Positions 1-11,890 of a DNA stretch of 64,000 bases are shown here, one piece after another (position 1 is the stretch's first letter; the number at the start of each line of letters is the position of its first letter). The notes below the pieces were generated by a model. The model ran no database searches and was not told the origin of the DNA. It saw only the letters and a program-made list of their open reading frames with translations. Made by a program: the position numbers and the translations under genes. Source of the DNA: Mobula hypostoma (Eukaryota); the NCBI RefSeq assembly GCF_963921235.1, contig NC_086097.1, positions 70,124,001-70,188,000 on the forward strand, in the 5' to 3' direction.

Positions 1-484
1 AAGCCACACTCAGGTTGGAGGAACAACACCCTATATTCCCTCTGGGTAGCCTCCAACCTCACGGCATGAACATCGACTTCTCAAACTTCCACTAATGCCC
101 CACCTCCCCCTCGTACCCCATCCATTATTTATATATACACACATTCTTTTTCTCTCTCCTTTTTCTCCCTCTGTCCCTCTCACTATACACCTTGCCCATC
201 CTCTGGGTTTCCCCCCTCCCCCTTTTCCTTCTTCCTGGGCCTCCTGTCCCGTGATCCTCTCATATCCCTTTTGCCAATCACCTGTCCGGCTCTTGGCTCC
301 ATCCCTCCCCCTCTGTCTTCTCCTATCATTTTGGATCTCCCTCTCCCCCTCCCACTTTCAAATCTCTTACTAGCTCTTCTTTCAGTTAGTCCTGACGAAG
401 GGTCTCGGCCTGAAACGACTGTACCTCTTCCTAGAGATGCTGCCTGGCCTGCCGCGTTCACCAGCAACTTTGATGTGTGTTGCT
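1..484 (+). mobile_element. Penelope-like element 3' end (GIY-YIG C-terminus plus pLTR), truncated by the window edge
   Basis: 3-95 reads ATLRLEEQHPIFPLGSLQPHGMNIDFSNFH*, then a pyrimidine-rich UTR and a pLTR with a hammerhead motif. Same family as 47961-48446. Confidence 0.8.
387..421 (+). ncRNA. Minimal type I hammerhead ribozyme motif (cleavage triplet GUC deleted)
   Basis: tagtc-CTGACGA-agggtctcggcct-GAAAC-gactg: core boxes intact, stem II agg/cct, stem I agtc/gact. Other copies have GTC between GAAAC and gactg. Confidence 0.65.
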
Positions 485-766
485 GGATATACTTTGTTGC
501 TGTCAGGTGAACTAAACAGATGGAATGGCCTTTCGAAGTTACATATAAATCAGAACAAAACTATTGGAAAACATTGGCTAATCACCTCCTCAGAAAAATA
601 AGAGCAAAATAGTCACATCAAAAACACTGCTGAAGAAACTGGGGTTCTACTGTGATGCTAGATATTTGAGATCAGACAAAATTACAGATTACTTCTAAAA
701 AAACACCTTAAAGTTAATACATTCACAAATTGAGGCAACTGGACTCCAATGCAAACTCAATCAACA

Positions 767-2143
767 ATATCAAGCAGTAGTACATCAAGGTAACTGGACT
801 TGCTGTGTGTCCAGAAGATGATTCACTACTCATCCGACAGGCTTCTTCAGTTCTAATTCATTGTGGGTAGTTTTCCAGCTTATAAACTTTGCGTTGTTTA
901 AAGGATGTCCTCCTATGTTGGGCCATCCATTTGTGAAGTGGTTGTTTTGTCTCGCCGATATACAGATCTTCCATCGAAGATCACAGAGTCATTGATTCAG
1001 GTATGTGGATAACACTTGGGTCAAGATCAAAATCTATGAGGTGCAAGCCTTCATAGAATACATCAACTCGGTGGATAATAACATCAAACTTACATGAGAA
1101 GATGCCAAGATTGGCCCTTTTTAGACTGTGCAGTACTTATAAAAGAAAATGGACATCTAGATATTGAAGTTTACAGAAAACCAACCCTCACAGATCACTA
1201 CCTACAGTTTGACTCTCATCACCCACTAGAACGCAAGTTGGGGGTTATGAGAACACTGCATCACCATGCCGAGAATGTGCCTGCCAACATTACAACTAAA
1301 GACAAGAAACACAAGTATTTGAGAGAAGCCTTGAAAGCTTGCGGCTACCCTGAGTGGGCCTTCATCAAGACAGCAACAAAAAAGCAGCAGGGACATCAGC
1401 CTAACAGACAGAAGTAAGGAGCAAAGCAGAGGGAAAAACATAGTCATCCCATATGTACTGGAGTTTCAGAGAAACTCGGAAGAACTTTCAACAAACACCC
1501 AATCCCTGTGTTTTTCAAACCTACAAACACACACAGACAGAAACTTGTCCACCCCAAGGATCCTACACCCAAACATAAACAGAGCAATACTGTATATGCT
1601 ATCCAGTGCAATGAGAACGGTACACACCTGTATATCGGCAAGACAAAACAACCACTTCACAAACGGATAGCCCAACATAGGAGGGCTAGCACCTCAGGTC
1701 AAGGCTCAAGGACAAGGGACATTCCTTTGATGACAACAATATGCACATTTTGGATAGTTTGAAAGAGGGGTTAAGGAAGCCATCTTTGTCAAACTGGAAA
1801 ACCCATCCCTGAACAGAGGGGGTAGGGTATGACACCACCTATCAGCTACTTACAATGTAGTCCTAACATCTTTATGCCAGCATCTCCACAACAGTTCACA
1901 CCTCCATTCATGCAAAGATAAGACTAATGCCCCTCTCATTACCTCTACGACTCTTAACAACCCTCACGTGTCTGCTCGACCTTTAAACAACTCACAGACT
2001 TCATAAGCCTACCATGGATTAGAACTGAAGAAGCCTCTCGGATGAGTGGCAAAATGTTTTCTTGACAACACAGCAAGTCCAGCTGCCTTGATTTACTACT
2101 GCTTGATATACAATGATCTGGATGACTGAGAACCTTCACAGAC
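767..2143 (+). mobile_element. 5'-truncated Penelope-like element (second family) with inverted 5' segments; RT and GIY-YIG pseudogene
   Basis: RYVDNTWVKI (~1000-1030), PFLDC and VYRKPT (ORF 1094), NTVYAIQC...LYIGKTKQPLHKRIAQH (ORF 1508). 767-870 is an inverted copy of 2008-2109; 909-965 is an inverted copy of 1628-1684. Confidence 0.85.
2021..2063 (+). ncRNA. Degenerate hammerhead motif in a Penelope pLTR (inverted copy at 813-854, minus strand)
   Basis: agaa-CTGAAGA-agcctctcggatgagtggc-AAAAT-GTT-ttct. Stem I agaa/ttct; extended stem II; GAAA box mutated. Confidence 0.55.
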
Positions 2144-2455
2144 TTAATCAACAATAAATATTTAGTCAGCACATAATGATAGCAGAGAAAAAAACATATG
2201 TTACTTATTGATTTATTTTAGACACATGAATGTATCCCAACTATATTTTTTGCAGCTACAAAACAAATGTCATTTCACTAAATTCATCATCTGATATAAC
2301 TTTCCATTTGCAAATCCAAATTTAATTTTTTCAATGTGGTCTCAGTAGCAGTTGCAACTACCTGGACAGTTCTCCAATATCCTCAGCATTTGTGTCAGAA
2401 TTCATTAAGATGATTTGCAAAAGTAGTTGAATGTCTCCAAACAATGAGAACTTAC

Positions 2456-2489
2456 CTCTTGGAATGGATTTTTGTTTCTTGGAACAGAG
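2456..2489 (-). CDS. SCFD1: SCFD1 coding exon (34 nt): SVPRNKNPFQE; the remaining 3' exons lie left of the window
   Basis: ttgctttgcAG|c tct gtt...caa gag|GTaagt. Phase fits the previous exon. Matches SCFD1 SSVPRNKNPFQE. Confidence 0.95.
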
Positions 2490-3594
2490 CTGCAAAGCAA
2501 GTGCAAGCCATACAAAGTTACTGACTGGAAAGCTATACAGCTAACGGCAATACCTACACATCAAAGGAAAATGATTACTCTGAACATGTATTCTAAAAAT
2601 AAAAAATATATTAGACTGAAATGAAGCTTCATCTATATTTACTGTGGATTTATTGATTGTAAAACTAACAGATGGTTGATTCAAGCGCAATCTTAGGAGC
2701 GATAAAGCAACAAAATCTATTTCATGGAAATATTTGTGTGATGTATGCTCAAGAATTTTAAATTAGAATATTATTAAAAATGTTTTATAACCATCAGTTA
2801 TTATGGATCTTTGAGATCCCTGGGTTTTTATCTTAATTTCTCTGTGCTTTGTACTATGTCTGTACTATGCTCCAGAAAATAGTGATTATTTATGTTTGGA
2901 AATGGTTTCAAATAAAACTCAGATTCATTTCTGTGATTAGCTTTAGTGAGTTTAAAAAAAAGCTACTTAGAATGGCTAGTACTGTTCCCTGATTTTTCTT
3001 GGACTTGTCAGGCAGTGATGATTATGTCCCCTGTACCACTGAATAGATGGAATTTATACTGTGATTTAAGGAGCAGCTCCTCGGTCAATGGGAGGTAGAA
3101 GTTGAGGAGGATCAATGTTTCTATGATCCTAGACATGACCTTAAGACAGACAACAGGGAGTCCTCTTGCAAGATGCCACTGTCAGACACCTCTTTTGTGG
3201 ACTACAGCATCTCTGAGGCAAACTGAAATTCTCACCAACTCCTGGGACTTTCTGGCTCATGACCACTCAAAATGTAGAACAATATCTGGAGTGATACTGA
3301 AAACACTGAAGCCATACATCAGAACCGCACAGACGCACTGTGTCCAGCAGAGAAGAACATCTCACAAACTGCCCACCAGACTGAATTAATAACCACCACT
3401 TGCCCATCAGTGAAAGTGTGTAGACTTTCCATATTGGCCCTCAGAACACACCACTGCTCTACTCCCTCTAAAACCATGACTGTGTGGCTAGTCACACCTC
3501 AGAACACACCAAGCTAGACTGGAGGTAACTAAGTCTCAATCTGAAGAATTGCTTACAAAGCATTATCCCACAGGTCTTTAGCACTTTCCTGAAA

Positions 3595-4440
3595 TACCTG
3601 TCACTGCAATTTATCAACCGCCACAATATGTCTACGCGGATGCGATTTCGTTGGCTCTCCACTCAGTCTTGGACATCCTGGACAACAGCAATACCTACTT
3701 CAGGCTGATGATTATTAATTACGACTCAGTGTTCAACGTCATCATCTCCTCTGTACTAACCAACAAGCTTGAAAACCTAGGCTGTTGTACTGCTCTGCAA
3801 CTGGATCATGGACTTCCTCATGGGAAACTACAATCAGTGCTGTTTAGAAGTAACATCTCCTCCTCGTTGAATCAACACTAGCACACCTCAAGCATGCATG
3901 CTTAGCCCACTGACCTACTCTCTCTACACCCAAGACTGTGAGGCAAGACATTGTTAAAAACACCATCTATAAATTTGCTGATGACACAACTGCTGTTGGC
4001 AGAAGCTCAAATGGTAATGAGGTGGTGAAAAGGAGTGGGATAGATTGGTTGGATGGATGAGTAACAACCTTGCACTCAAAGTCATTAAGACCAAGGAATT
4101 GACTGAGGACTTCAGGAAGGAGAAGTCAAGGGAACATAGACCAGTCCTTATTGAGGGATCAGCACTGGAAGGAGTGGGCAATTTCAAGAAGGCATGTCAG
4201 GGGCCATATTTCATTAGGAGCTTGCGGAAATTTGGTATGTCACCAAAGACCTGAGCAAAATTCTTCAGATGTACATTCGAACTGGTTAGCTCACCATCTG
4301 ACATGGAGGGGCCACTGCGCAGGATTGGGAAAAGCTGCAGAAGGGCGCAAACTCAGCTAGCTCCATTATGGGCACTAGCCTCCTCTGCACTGAGGCCATC
4401 TTCAAAAGGTGATGCTTCAAAAAGGCAACATCCATCACTA
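3595..4440 (+). mobile_element. Degenerate Rex1/Babar-type LINE RT fragment
   Basis: ALHSVLDILDNSNTYFRLMIINYDSVFNVI; IYKFADD at ~3965; NNLALKVIKTKELTEDFRK. Confidence 0.8.
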
Positions 4441-4442
4441 AT

Positions 4443-5707
4443 GTTCAAAGTAAATTTATTATTGAAGCACTACTGTATATGTCACCATATATAATCGTGA
4501 GATTAATTTTCTTGAGGGAAATCACAGTAAGTGCAAAGAACCACAATAGAATCAATGCAAGATCGCACACAAGATGAACAACCAATGTGCGAACGACAAC
4601 AAACTGGGCAAATAAAAAAAGAAAAAAGTAATAAATAAGTAATAAGCAATAAATGAACAAGAGATGAAGAGTCCTTGAAAGTGAGTCCATAGGTTGTGAA
4701 AACAGTTCAGTGTTGGGGTGACCAAAGTTATCTCCTCAGGTTCAAGATCCTGATGGTTGAAGGCTAATAACTGTTCCTGAACCTGGTGGCGTTGGTCCTG
4801 AGGCTCCTGTCCCTCCTTCCTGATGACAGCATTGAGAGGAGAGCATGGCGTCGATGGTGGGGGTCCTTGATGATGGATGCTGCTTTCCTATGACGGCATT
4901 CCATGTAGGTGTGTTCAGTGGTGGGGAAGGGTTTACCTGTGATGGAATGGGCTGTTCGCGCACCTGTAGGCTCATCCATGCAAGGACATTGTTTCCATAC
5001 CAGGCCATGATGCAACTCTCCATTGTGCATCTATCAAAGTTTGTCAAATTTTAGATGTCATGCTGAATCTTTGCAAACTTCAAAGAAAGTAGAGGTGCTG
5101 CCATGTTTCCTTTGTGACAGCACTTACATGCTGGATCCAGGACAGATCCTCTGAAATGATAACACAGAGGAATTTAAAGTTGATGACCCTCTCCATCTCT
5201 GATACCCCAAGGAGGACTGGTTTATGGACTCTTGCCCCTCTTGCAGTCAATAATCAGCTCCTTGGTCTTGCTGACATTGAGTGAGAGGTTGTTGTTAAGG
5301 CATCACACAGCCAGATTTTCCATCTCTTTCCTATATGCTGATTCCTCAGCACCTTTCACTTGGCCAACAACAGTGGTGCCATCAGCAAACTTAAATATGG
5401 CATTGGAGTTGTGCTTTGTCTCGCTGTCGTAAGTATAAAGCGGGTAGACCAGGGGGCTAAGCACACATATTTGTGGTGCATCTGTGCTAATGGTGATTGT
5501 GAAGGAGATGTTGCCAATCCAAATTGACTGGGGTCTGCAAGTGAGAAAATTGAGGATCCAGTTGTACAAGGAGGTACTGAGGTCCAGATCTTGCAGCTTA
5601 TTGATTAGTTTTGAGGGTATGATAGCATTGAATGCTGAGCTGTAGTCAATGAAGAGCATCTTGGACAATGAGGATACATACAACAGATGTTCCAAGGTTG
5701 AGTCAAG
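4443..5707 (-). mobile_element. Rex1/Babar LINE, 3' portion (interrupted by the Gypsy element)
   Basis: MLFIDYSSAFNAIIPSKL, IFKFADGTTVVG, SIIKDPHH...SGRRDRSLRT; 3' tail aataaatttactttgaa at ~4445-4461. Confidence 0.85.
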
Positions 5708-6596
5708 TGTGACAAGAGTACACATAGATTAAGATGTTAGCTGTCCTGTGCTGGCACCAGTGGGATCAGCAGTTGGTCTGCCACCTGTCTCCAGGAGAGA
5801 GAGATAAGTAAAGACAATTGAGCAGCATTTGGAAATGTTAATGAAGAGACGGGAGAGTTTAACGGAAGGAGACAGCGGTCTGGGAATTGTCAAAGACCAG
5901 CTCCTCTTTGAACCCTGAACTGTTTGAAGTGATGGACAGGCGATACCCCAGCAGGGGGATAAAAAGGGACAGGTTCGCTAAGGCAAGACACACACGACAC
6001 CCCGAGGTAACGAGACCCTGGAAGCGGTGCGTCTCCCACAAGTCGGTGGGAGTTTTTGGAGGGCTGGTCGTGGGACCAAGCCATAGACGCACAGGGTGGA
6101 AAGAAACGATCGGCGGGAACCTGGTGTGTGTCCGCCCTTGCCTGGGTGCCAGGTTCACTGTAGAGGAACGGAGGGGTCACAGTCGGTGACCTCAGAAGAC
6201 ATTACAAAGGGCTCACCCGAAAGCTGACTGCAAGGAATATCGAAGGTCTGTGTGGAAGCCGTTTTTGAATATTCATTCGCTTTCTCTCTCTCTCTCTCTC
6301 CCACGGCAGTGATTACTGTGAACTGAACTGAACTGAACTCAATTGAACTGAACTTTGCGTCACTTTGAAACTGGTCATTTACCCCTAGACAACGATAGAG
6401 CTTGATTGATCCTATTATCCTAGTTTCTGTGTACATGCGTGTTTATCATTGCTGAACTGTTGTATTCATTATCCTTTTGATTAGAGTACTGTGTTGCTTA
6501 TTTCTTTATTAAAACTTTCTTAGTTCCAGTAATCCAGACTCCAACTGAGTGATCCATTTCTGCTGGTTTGGCAACCCAGTTACGGGGTACGTAACA
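5708..6596 (+). repeat. 5' LTR (889 bp)
   Basis: Starts tgtgac, ends gtaaca; highly similar direct repeat of 9802-10686; contains (actga)n and (ct)n tracts. Confidence 0.95.
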
Positions 6597-6695
6597 TAAG
6601 TGGAGTTCTCGTTCGCGATTTTGAACGCTAAATTTGGGACGGAGTAAATTGATTGGGTTAAAATTCCTGAAAGAAAGAGAAGACGAACAGCAGAA

Positions 6696-9681
6696 ATGGA
6701 GATTGAGGAATTTCTAAAGGCGCCGACCTTGGAGGCATTAGAGGATGCCAGGAAAGCGGAATTGGCAGCTGTGGCCAAACGGTTGAATCTTGTTAAGGGG
6801 AAGTCGACAATGAGGAGAGAGGAGATACACAGAGCTATTGTAGAGCACTATGTATCTAAAGGTGTGTTTCCCCAAGGGGAGCTGGAGGTGGTATCTATTG
6901 AAAAACCTGCTGGAGACGTGGTACAGGTACAGCTTGAAAAACTGAGACTTGAGCACGAGTTCCGGGTACGGCAGTTAGAATGCGAAGAGAAACAGTTAGA
7001 AAGGCAGGAGAGAGAGAGAGAGTTAGAAAGGCAGGAGAAAGAGAAACAGTTAGAAAGGCAGGAGAGAGAGTTAGAACGGCAGGAGAGAGACAGTTACAAC
7101 GGCAAGAGAGAGAGAGGCAGTTGGAGCGAGAGGAGAAACAGAGGGAAAGGGAATTTGAGCTGGAGAAGTTAAAGACAAGGGCAGAGCAGGGGCCCGTGCC
7201 GAACCAAGGTGGAGGGTTCCGGGCGACCCAGGAGGTTAGGCTGGTTCCCCCATTTGATGATACCGATGTGGATCGGTACTTTCTCCATTTCGAAAAAGTT
7301 GCTACAAGTCAGGACTGACCGAGGGATAAGTGGGCTGTTTTGCTTCAGAGTGTACTGAAAGGGAAAGCCCAACAAGCTTACTCAGCTTTGTCCGCGGAAG
7401 ATGCCCAGAGGTATGAGGTGGTGAAAGAGGCCATCCTCAGGATTTATGAGTTGGTCCCGGAGGCATACCGGCAGAGGTTCCGGAATGCGAGGAAGCAGTG
7501 GGACCGCACGTATTTAGAGTTTGCCTGTGAGATGCAGACATATTGTGAGCATTGGTGTGCCTTGAAGGGGTAGAGGGGGATTATGACAGACTGCTACAGC
7601 TGATCCTGATTGAGCAGTTTAAAGGTTGTGTCCCTGAGGGTATGAGACCCTACCTAGATGAGAAAGAGGCAGCCACGTTAGCCACAACTGCTAAGTTAGC
7701 GGATGAGTACGCGTTGACGCATAAAATGAAGTTTGCCCCAAGTAAAGGCTACCAGAAGGGTAGTCAGGATGGCGGGGAGAGTCCGCCAGAAAAGTCAGAA
7801 AGTAAGCCAGGGACTAGTGAGAAGGATAAGGTAGACCGGGAGCAGTCTGGTAGGAAGTCTCCTGGGGTCGTCTGTTATAATTGTGGGAAAGTCGGACACT
7901 TTGCGTCCAGGTGCTTTGCCCCAAAGAAGGAGACGGGAAAAGGAAAAACGGCGATTTTGACTGGCTGTATCGAGCTGGTAAACGAACCGCTAGGAGAGGA
8001 CAGGTCTGCCAAAGTTCAGGAAGGGTGCGAGAGGTTTATCTCGGCCGGATTGGTGTCAGTGAAGGAGGGGTTAAACCCAGTTCCAGTGCGGATCTGGAGA
8101 GACACGGAAGCGTGTCAGTCATTGATATTGAAGAGTGTATTAGAGTTTAGCTCAGAGACCCAGACTGGGGAGGTCAAGGTAAAAGGTATTGGGGAAGGGA
8201 CAGAGGCAGTCCCTTTGCACCAGATACACCTACAAAGCAACTTGGTCTCTGGACTAGTCACGATCGGGGTGAGGCCCCGAATTACCGACGAAAGGCGTGG
8301 AAATCTTGCTCGGTAATGACCTCGCCGGGGGAATCGTGTTCCCAGCCGTGAGATTGACAGGTCAACCTGCCAGCATGGAGGCCCCGCCCATGGACTCACA
8401 GGTTCATTCCGGGACTGCCGAAGTAAATTTAGCTGAGACGTACCAGGAGGAGGTAGAAAGTGAAAAGAAGGAGTGTAGTGAAACAAGACGTAGTGAGGGA
8501 GCTGAGACAGACTTAGCATTAGCCAGGAAGGAATTTGTGCAGGCGCAGGAGCAAGACGAGGGGCTGATGGTTTTGGCGGAGACAGCTCTCTCTGACGCAG
8601 AATTAAGAAGGGAGCCAGTAGGCTATTGTGTGGAGGAGGAAGTGCTAAGGAAGAAAGGGAGACCAAGTACTGCAGATGAGGAATGGGGGATGGTACCAAA
8701 TCTCTGGGGATGAGATTTTTAACCTGGCCCACAAGGTACCCCTCGGTGGACATTTTGAGGTGCTGAAGGAAACAGTCGGCGGAACCATGAAAGAGGTTTA
8801 CTGGCTGCACAGGAGGAAGGATGTTATTGATTATGGCAGACGCGAACTGAGACGGTCACAGGCTTTTGATATGCTAACAAACCTAGTCGGTGTTAGCGCG
8901 GAAATCAATGAAGCTAGGGTCCCCCGATAAGAAAAAAACACCATTTTGAAAAGATGAGTATGGTATCGACCAGGTGGGAGAAGGCTATTGTTTTGGCCAG
9001 CTCTGCTGATAAGGTCTCTCCCTTAATCCCCGAACAAAGTGACTCTTTAGGAGAAGTAATTAAACGACTCGCACACGTGTGTTTGATTGTCCCAAGGCGA
9101 TGCAAAGAACTGGGACATTGGGTGGTGTTTGTCATGCTAGGTCAGCCTAGCGAACAACACCCCTATAGAATGAGTAATTCAGTGACAAAAAGGCTAACGA
9201 ACACAGAAGTGTGTATTGGCGACGTGATACGGCCGTCTGAAGCCAGCTTGATAGTGAACCTTGAAAAAAATGAGTTCGGCCACACGAAGGTCACTTATCT
9301 GGGAATTGTGGTAACACAGGGGCAGCTGACAGCGATGCAAGCTAAGGTGCGGGTTATCTCTGACATCCCAACCCCGACAGACAAGAGGGCCCTCAGAAGG
9401 CTCCTGGAGATGGTGGGGTACTGTAGGAAGTTTTGCAATAACTCTGTGGTTACTACCCCTCCCCCTCCTACTAAGCCCTTGTGAGAGAAAACTAAGTCGG
9501 AATGGGACGACCCTTGTTATCGTGGTCCGGGACGAAACCCAATGAGAGGTTACATTGATCGCAATTCATCAGTGTTTTCGGCCACTATGAAGTTTGCTAA
9601 GTTGGAGCCTGGTTTAAGGGATTATTAATAACACATATAAAAGGAACAGAAAATGTGATTGCTGACTGTCTGTCAAGGTGA
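6696..9681 (+). pseudogene. Disrupted gag-pol: coiled coil, SCAN-like capsid domain, CCHC knuckle, protease, integrase zinc-finger remnant, RT and RNase H remnants
   Basis: VPPFDDTDVDRYFLHFEK; YELVPEAYRQRFR; LILIEQF; CYNCGKVGHFASRC; RDTEA (degenerate DTGA); LAHKVPLGGHF; VNLEKNEFGHTKVTYLG...LEMVGYCRKF; HIKGTENVIADCLSR. Frameshifts near 7090, 7570 and 8280; stop at 7316. Confidence 0.9.
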
Positions 9682-9801
9682 TGACAACTTAAAATTCTCT
9701 GTATTAGCCAAGTAGCTGATGAAGATGTATATTTGTGTGTATCTAATAATGTATTCATGTTTGTAATTTTTACCCCGGTAAAAATCCTTAAAGGTGAGGG
9801 G

Positions 9802-10686
9802 TGTGACGAGAGTACACATAGATTAAGATGTTAGCTGTCCTGTGCTAACACCAGTGGGATCAGCAGTTGGTCTGCCACCTGTCTCCAGGAGAGAGAAATA
9901 AGTAAAGACAATGGAGCAGCATTTGGAAATGTTAATGAAGAGACGGGAGAGTTTAACGGAAGGAGATAGCGGTCTGGGAATTGTCAAAGACCGGCTCCTC
10001 TTTGAACCCTGAACTGTTTGAAGTGATGGACAGGCGATACCCCAGCAGGGGGATAAAAAGGGACAGGTTCGCTAAGGCAAGACACACATGACACCCCGAG
10101 GTAACAAGACCCTGGAAGCGGTGCGTCTCCCACAAGTCGGTGGGAGTTTTTGGATGGCTGGTCGCGGGACCAAGCCATAGACGCACAGGGTGGAAAGGAA
10201 CGATCGGCGGGAACCTGGTGTGTGTCCGCCCATGCCTGGGTGCCAGGTTCACTGTAGAGGAACAGAGGGGTCACAGTCGGTGACCTCAGAAGACATTACA
10301 AAGGGCTCGCCCGAAAGCTGACTGCAAGGAATATCGAAGGTCTGTGTGGAAACCGTTTTTGAATATTCATTCGCTTTCTCTCTCTCTCTCTCTCCCACGG
10401 CAGTGATTACTGTGAACTAAACTGAACTCAAATGAACTGAACTTTGCGTCACTTTGAAACTGGTCATTTACCCCTAGACAACGATAGAGCTTGATTGATC
10501 CTATTATCCTAGTTTCTGTGTACATGTGTGTTTATTCATTGCTGAACTGTTGTATTCATTATCCTTTTGATTAGAGTACTGTGTTGTTTATTTCTTTAAT
10601 AAAACTTTCTTAGTTCCAGTAATCCAGACTCCAACTGAGTGATCCATTTCTGCTGGTTTGGCAACCCAGTTACAGGGTACGTAACA
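9802..10686 (+). repeat. 3' LTR (885 bp)
   Basis: Direct repeat of the 5' LTR; AATAAA at 10598-10603 (ATTAAA in the 5' LTR). Confidence 0.95.
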
Positions 10687-11200
10687 CAAAAGCCAATACA
10701 ATGGCATATGACACCTATTGTGATGGTAGGCAAATTGGAATTAATCCAGGTTGATCCTCAGGCATGAGTTAACATTTTTCATCACCAACCTCTCAAAGCA
10801 CTTCATCACAGTGGATGTAAGTGTTACTGGATGATAGTCACAGGCAGTTTACCACGTTTTTCTTAGGCACTGGTATAACTGAAGCCTGCTTGAAGCAGGT
10901 GGGTAACTTACACTGCCGAAGTGAAAGGTTAAAGGTCTCAGTGAACACTCCAGCCATTTATCCAGCACAGGAATTTAGTACTCAGCCAGGTACCCTGTCT
11001 GGGCTGAATGCTTTCCGTAAGTTCACCCTTCTGAAGGATGCAATCTCAGAGACTGAAATCACAGGGTCGTCAGGGGGCAGTATGAGTTTGTGAAGGTGCC
11101 TTCATGTTTTGATGGTTTAAAGCAAGCATAAAAGGCATAGAGCTCATCTGGGAGCAAAACTTTGTTGTCACTTATGATACTTAGTTTCACTTTGTAGGAG
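10687..11200 (-). mobile_element. Rex1/Babar LINE, upstream continuation of 4443-5707
   Basis: Removing the LTR element rejoins the RT segment (AIVLA-LDSTLEHL). Upstream: LTSTVMKCFERLV, CFKQASVIPVPKK, FRKVNLRKAFSPDRVPG. Confidence 0.85.
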
Positions 11201-11362
11201 GTGATAGAGCTCCTATCGCCCAGGACATGTCCTCCTCTCATTGCTATCAGCAGGGAAGAGGTACTGCAGCTTGACGATGCACAGTCAAAGCTTCTTCCTC
11301 TCCACTGTCAGATTTCTGATTGGACAAGAACTAACCCATGAACACTACCTCACTATTTTCAC

Positions 11363-11890
11363 TACAAGACCATAAAACGTAGGAGCAGAATTAGGCCATT
11401 TGGCCCATCGGGTCTGCTCCACCATTCCATCATGGCTGACATATACCAACTGCCACCTCATCAATCTATCACTCCTATACCATTCTCCTTGCCAAATTAG
11501 TTTAAACCCTCTGAACAGCTCTAGCAAACCTGACCACTAGGACATTGGTCTCTGTAGGGTTCACTAGGTTCATGATCCAGAAATCTGAAAATCTGCACCC
11601 TGCACCAATTTCTCATCCATGCATTCATCTGCCAAATCATCTTACTGTTACCCTTACTAGAGAATGGCAGAGGCAGCAATCCTGAGATTACTACCCTGGA
11701 GGTCCTGCTTTTCAGCTTTCCTCCTAACTCTGTATATTCTCTTTTCAGGACCTCTTTTGTTTTCCTACCTCAGTCATTGGTACTAATATGTACCACAACT
11801 TCCAGCTACACATTCTCCCTCATTAGAATACTATGAACCTGATATGAGATATCTCTGACCCTGGCACCTCACCGGCAATATACCACCTGG
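11363..11890 (-). mobile_element. CR1 fragments (3' tail plus ORF1-region pieces)
   Basis: Tail gagcagacccgatgggccaaatggcctaattctgctcct on the minus strand; gagattactaccctggaggtcctgctt is shared with 59739-59765. Confidence 0.65.

Larger units (their letters stand above)
5708..10686 (+). mobile_element. Gypsy (Gmr1-like) LTR retrotransposon, internally deleted and non-autonomous
   Basis: Two TG...CA LTRs (5708-6596, 9802-10686); 4-bp TSD caag/caaa; PBS-like tggagttctcgttcgcgat (6601-6619, resembles a degenerate tRNA-Pro PBS); PPT aaaggtgagggg (9790-9801); gag-pol remnants. Confidence 0.95.

Noticed and set aside
5859..6189. Overlapping ~100-aa ORFs repeated at 9953-10274
   Set aside because: They lie inside the two LTRs; the duplication reflects LTR identity, and there are no protein motifs.
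6321..6355. Short periodic repeats such as (actga)n here and (ttgaac)n at 24875-24897, considered as CRISPR-like arrays
   Set aside because: Simple tandem repeats without spacers; part of an LTR and a LINE tail.
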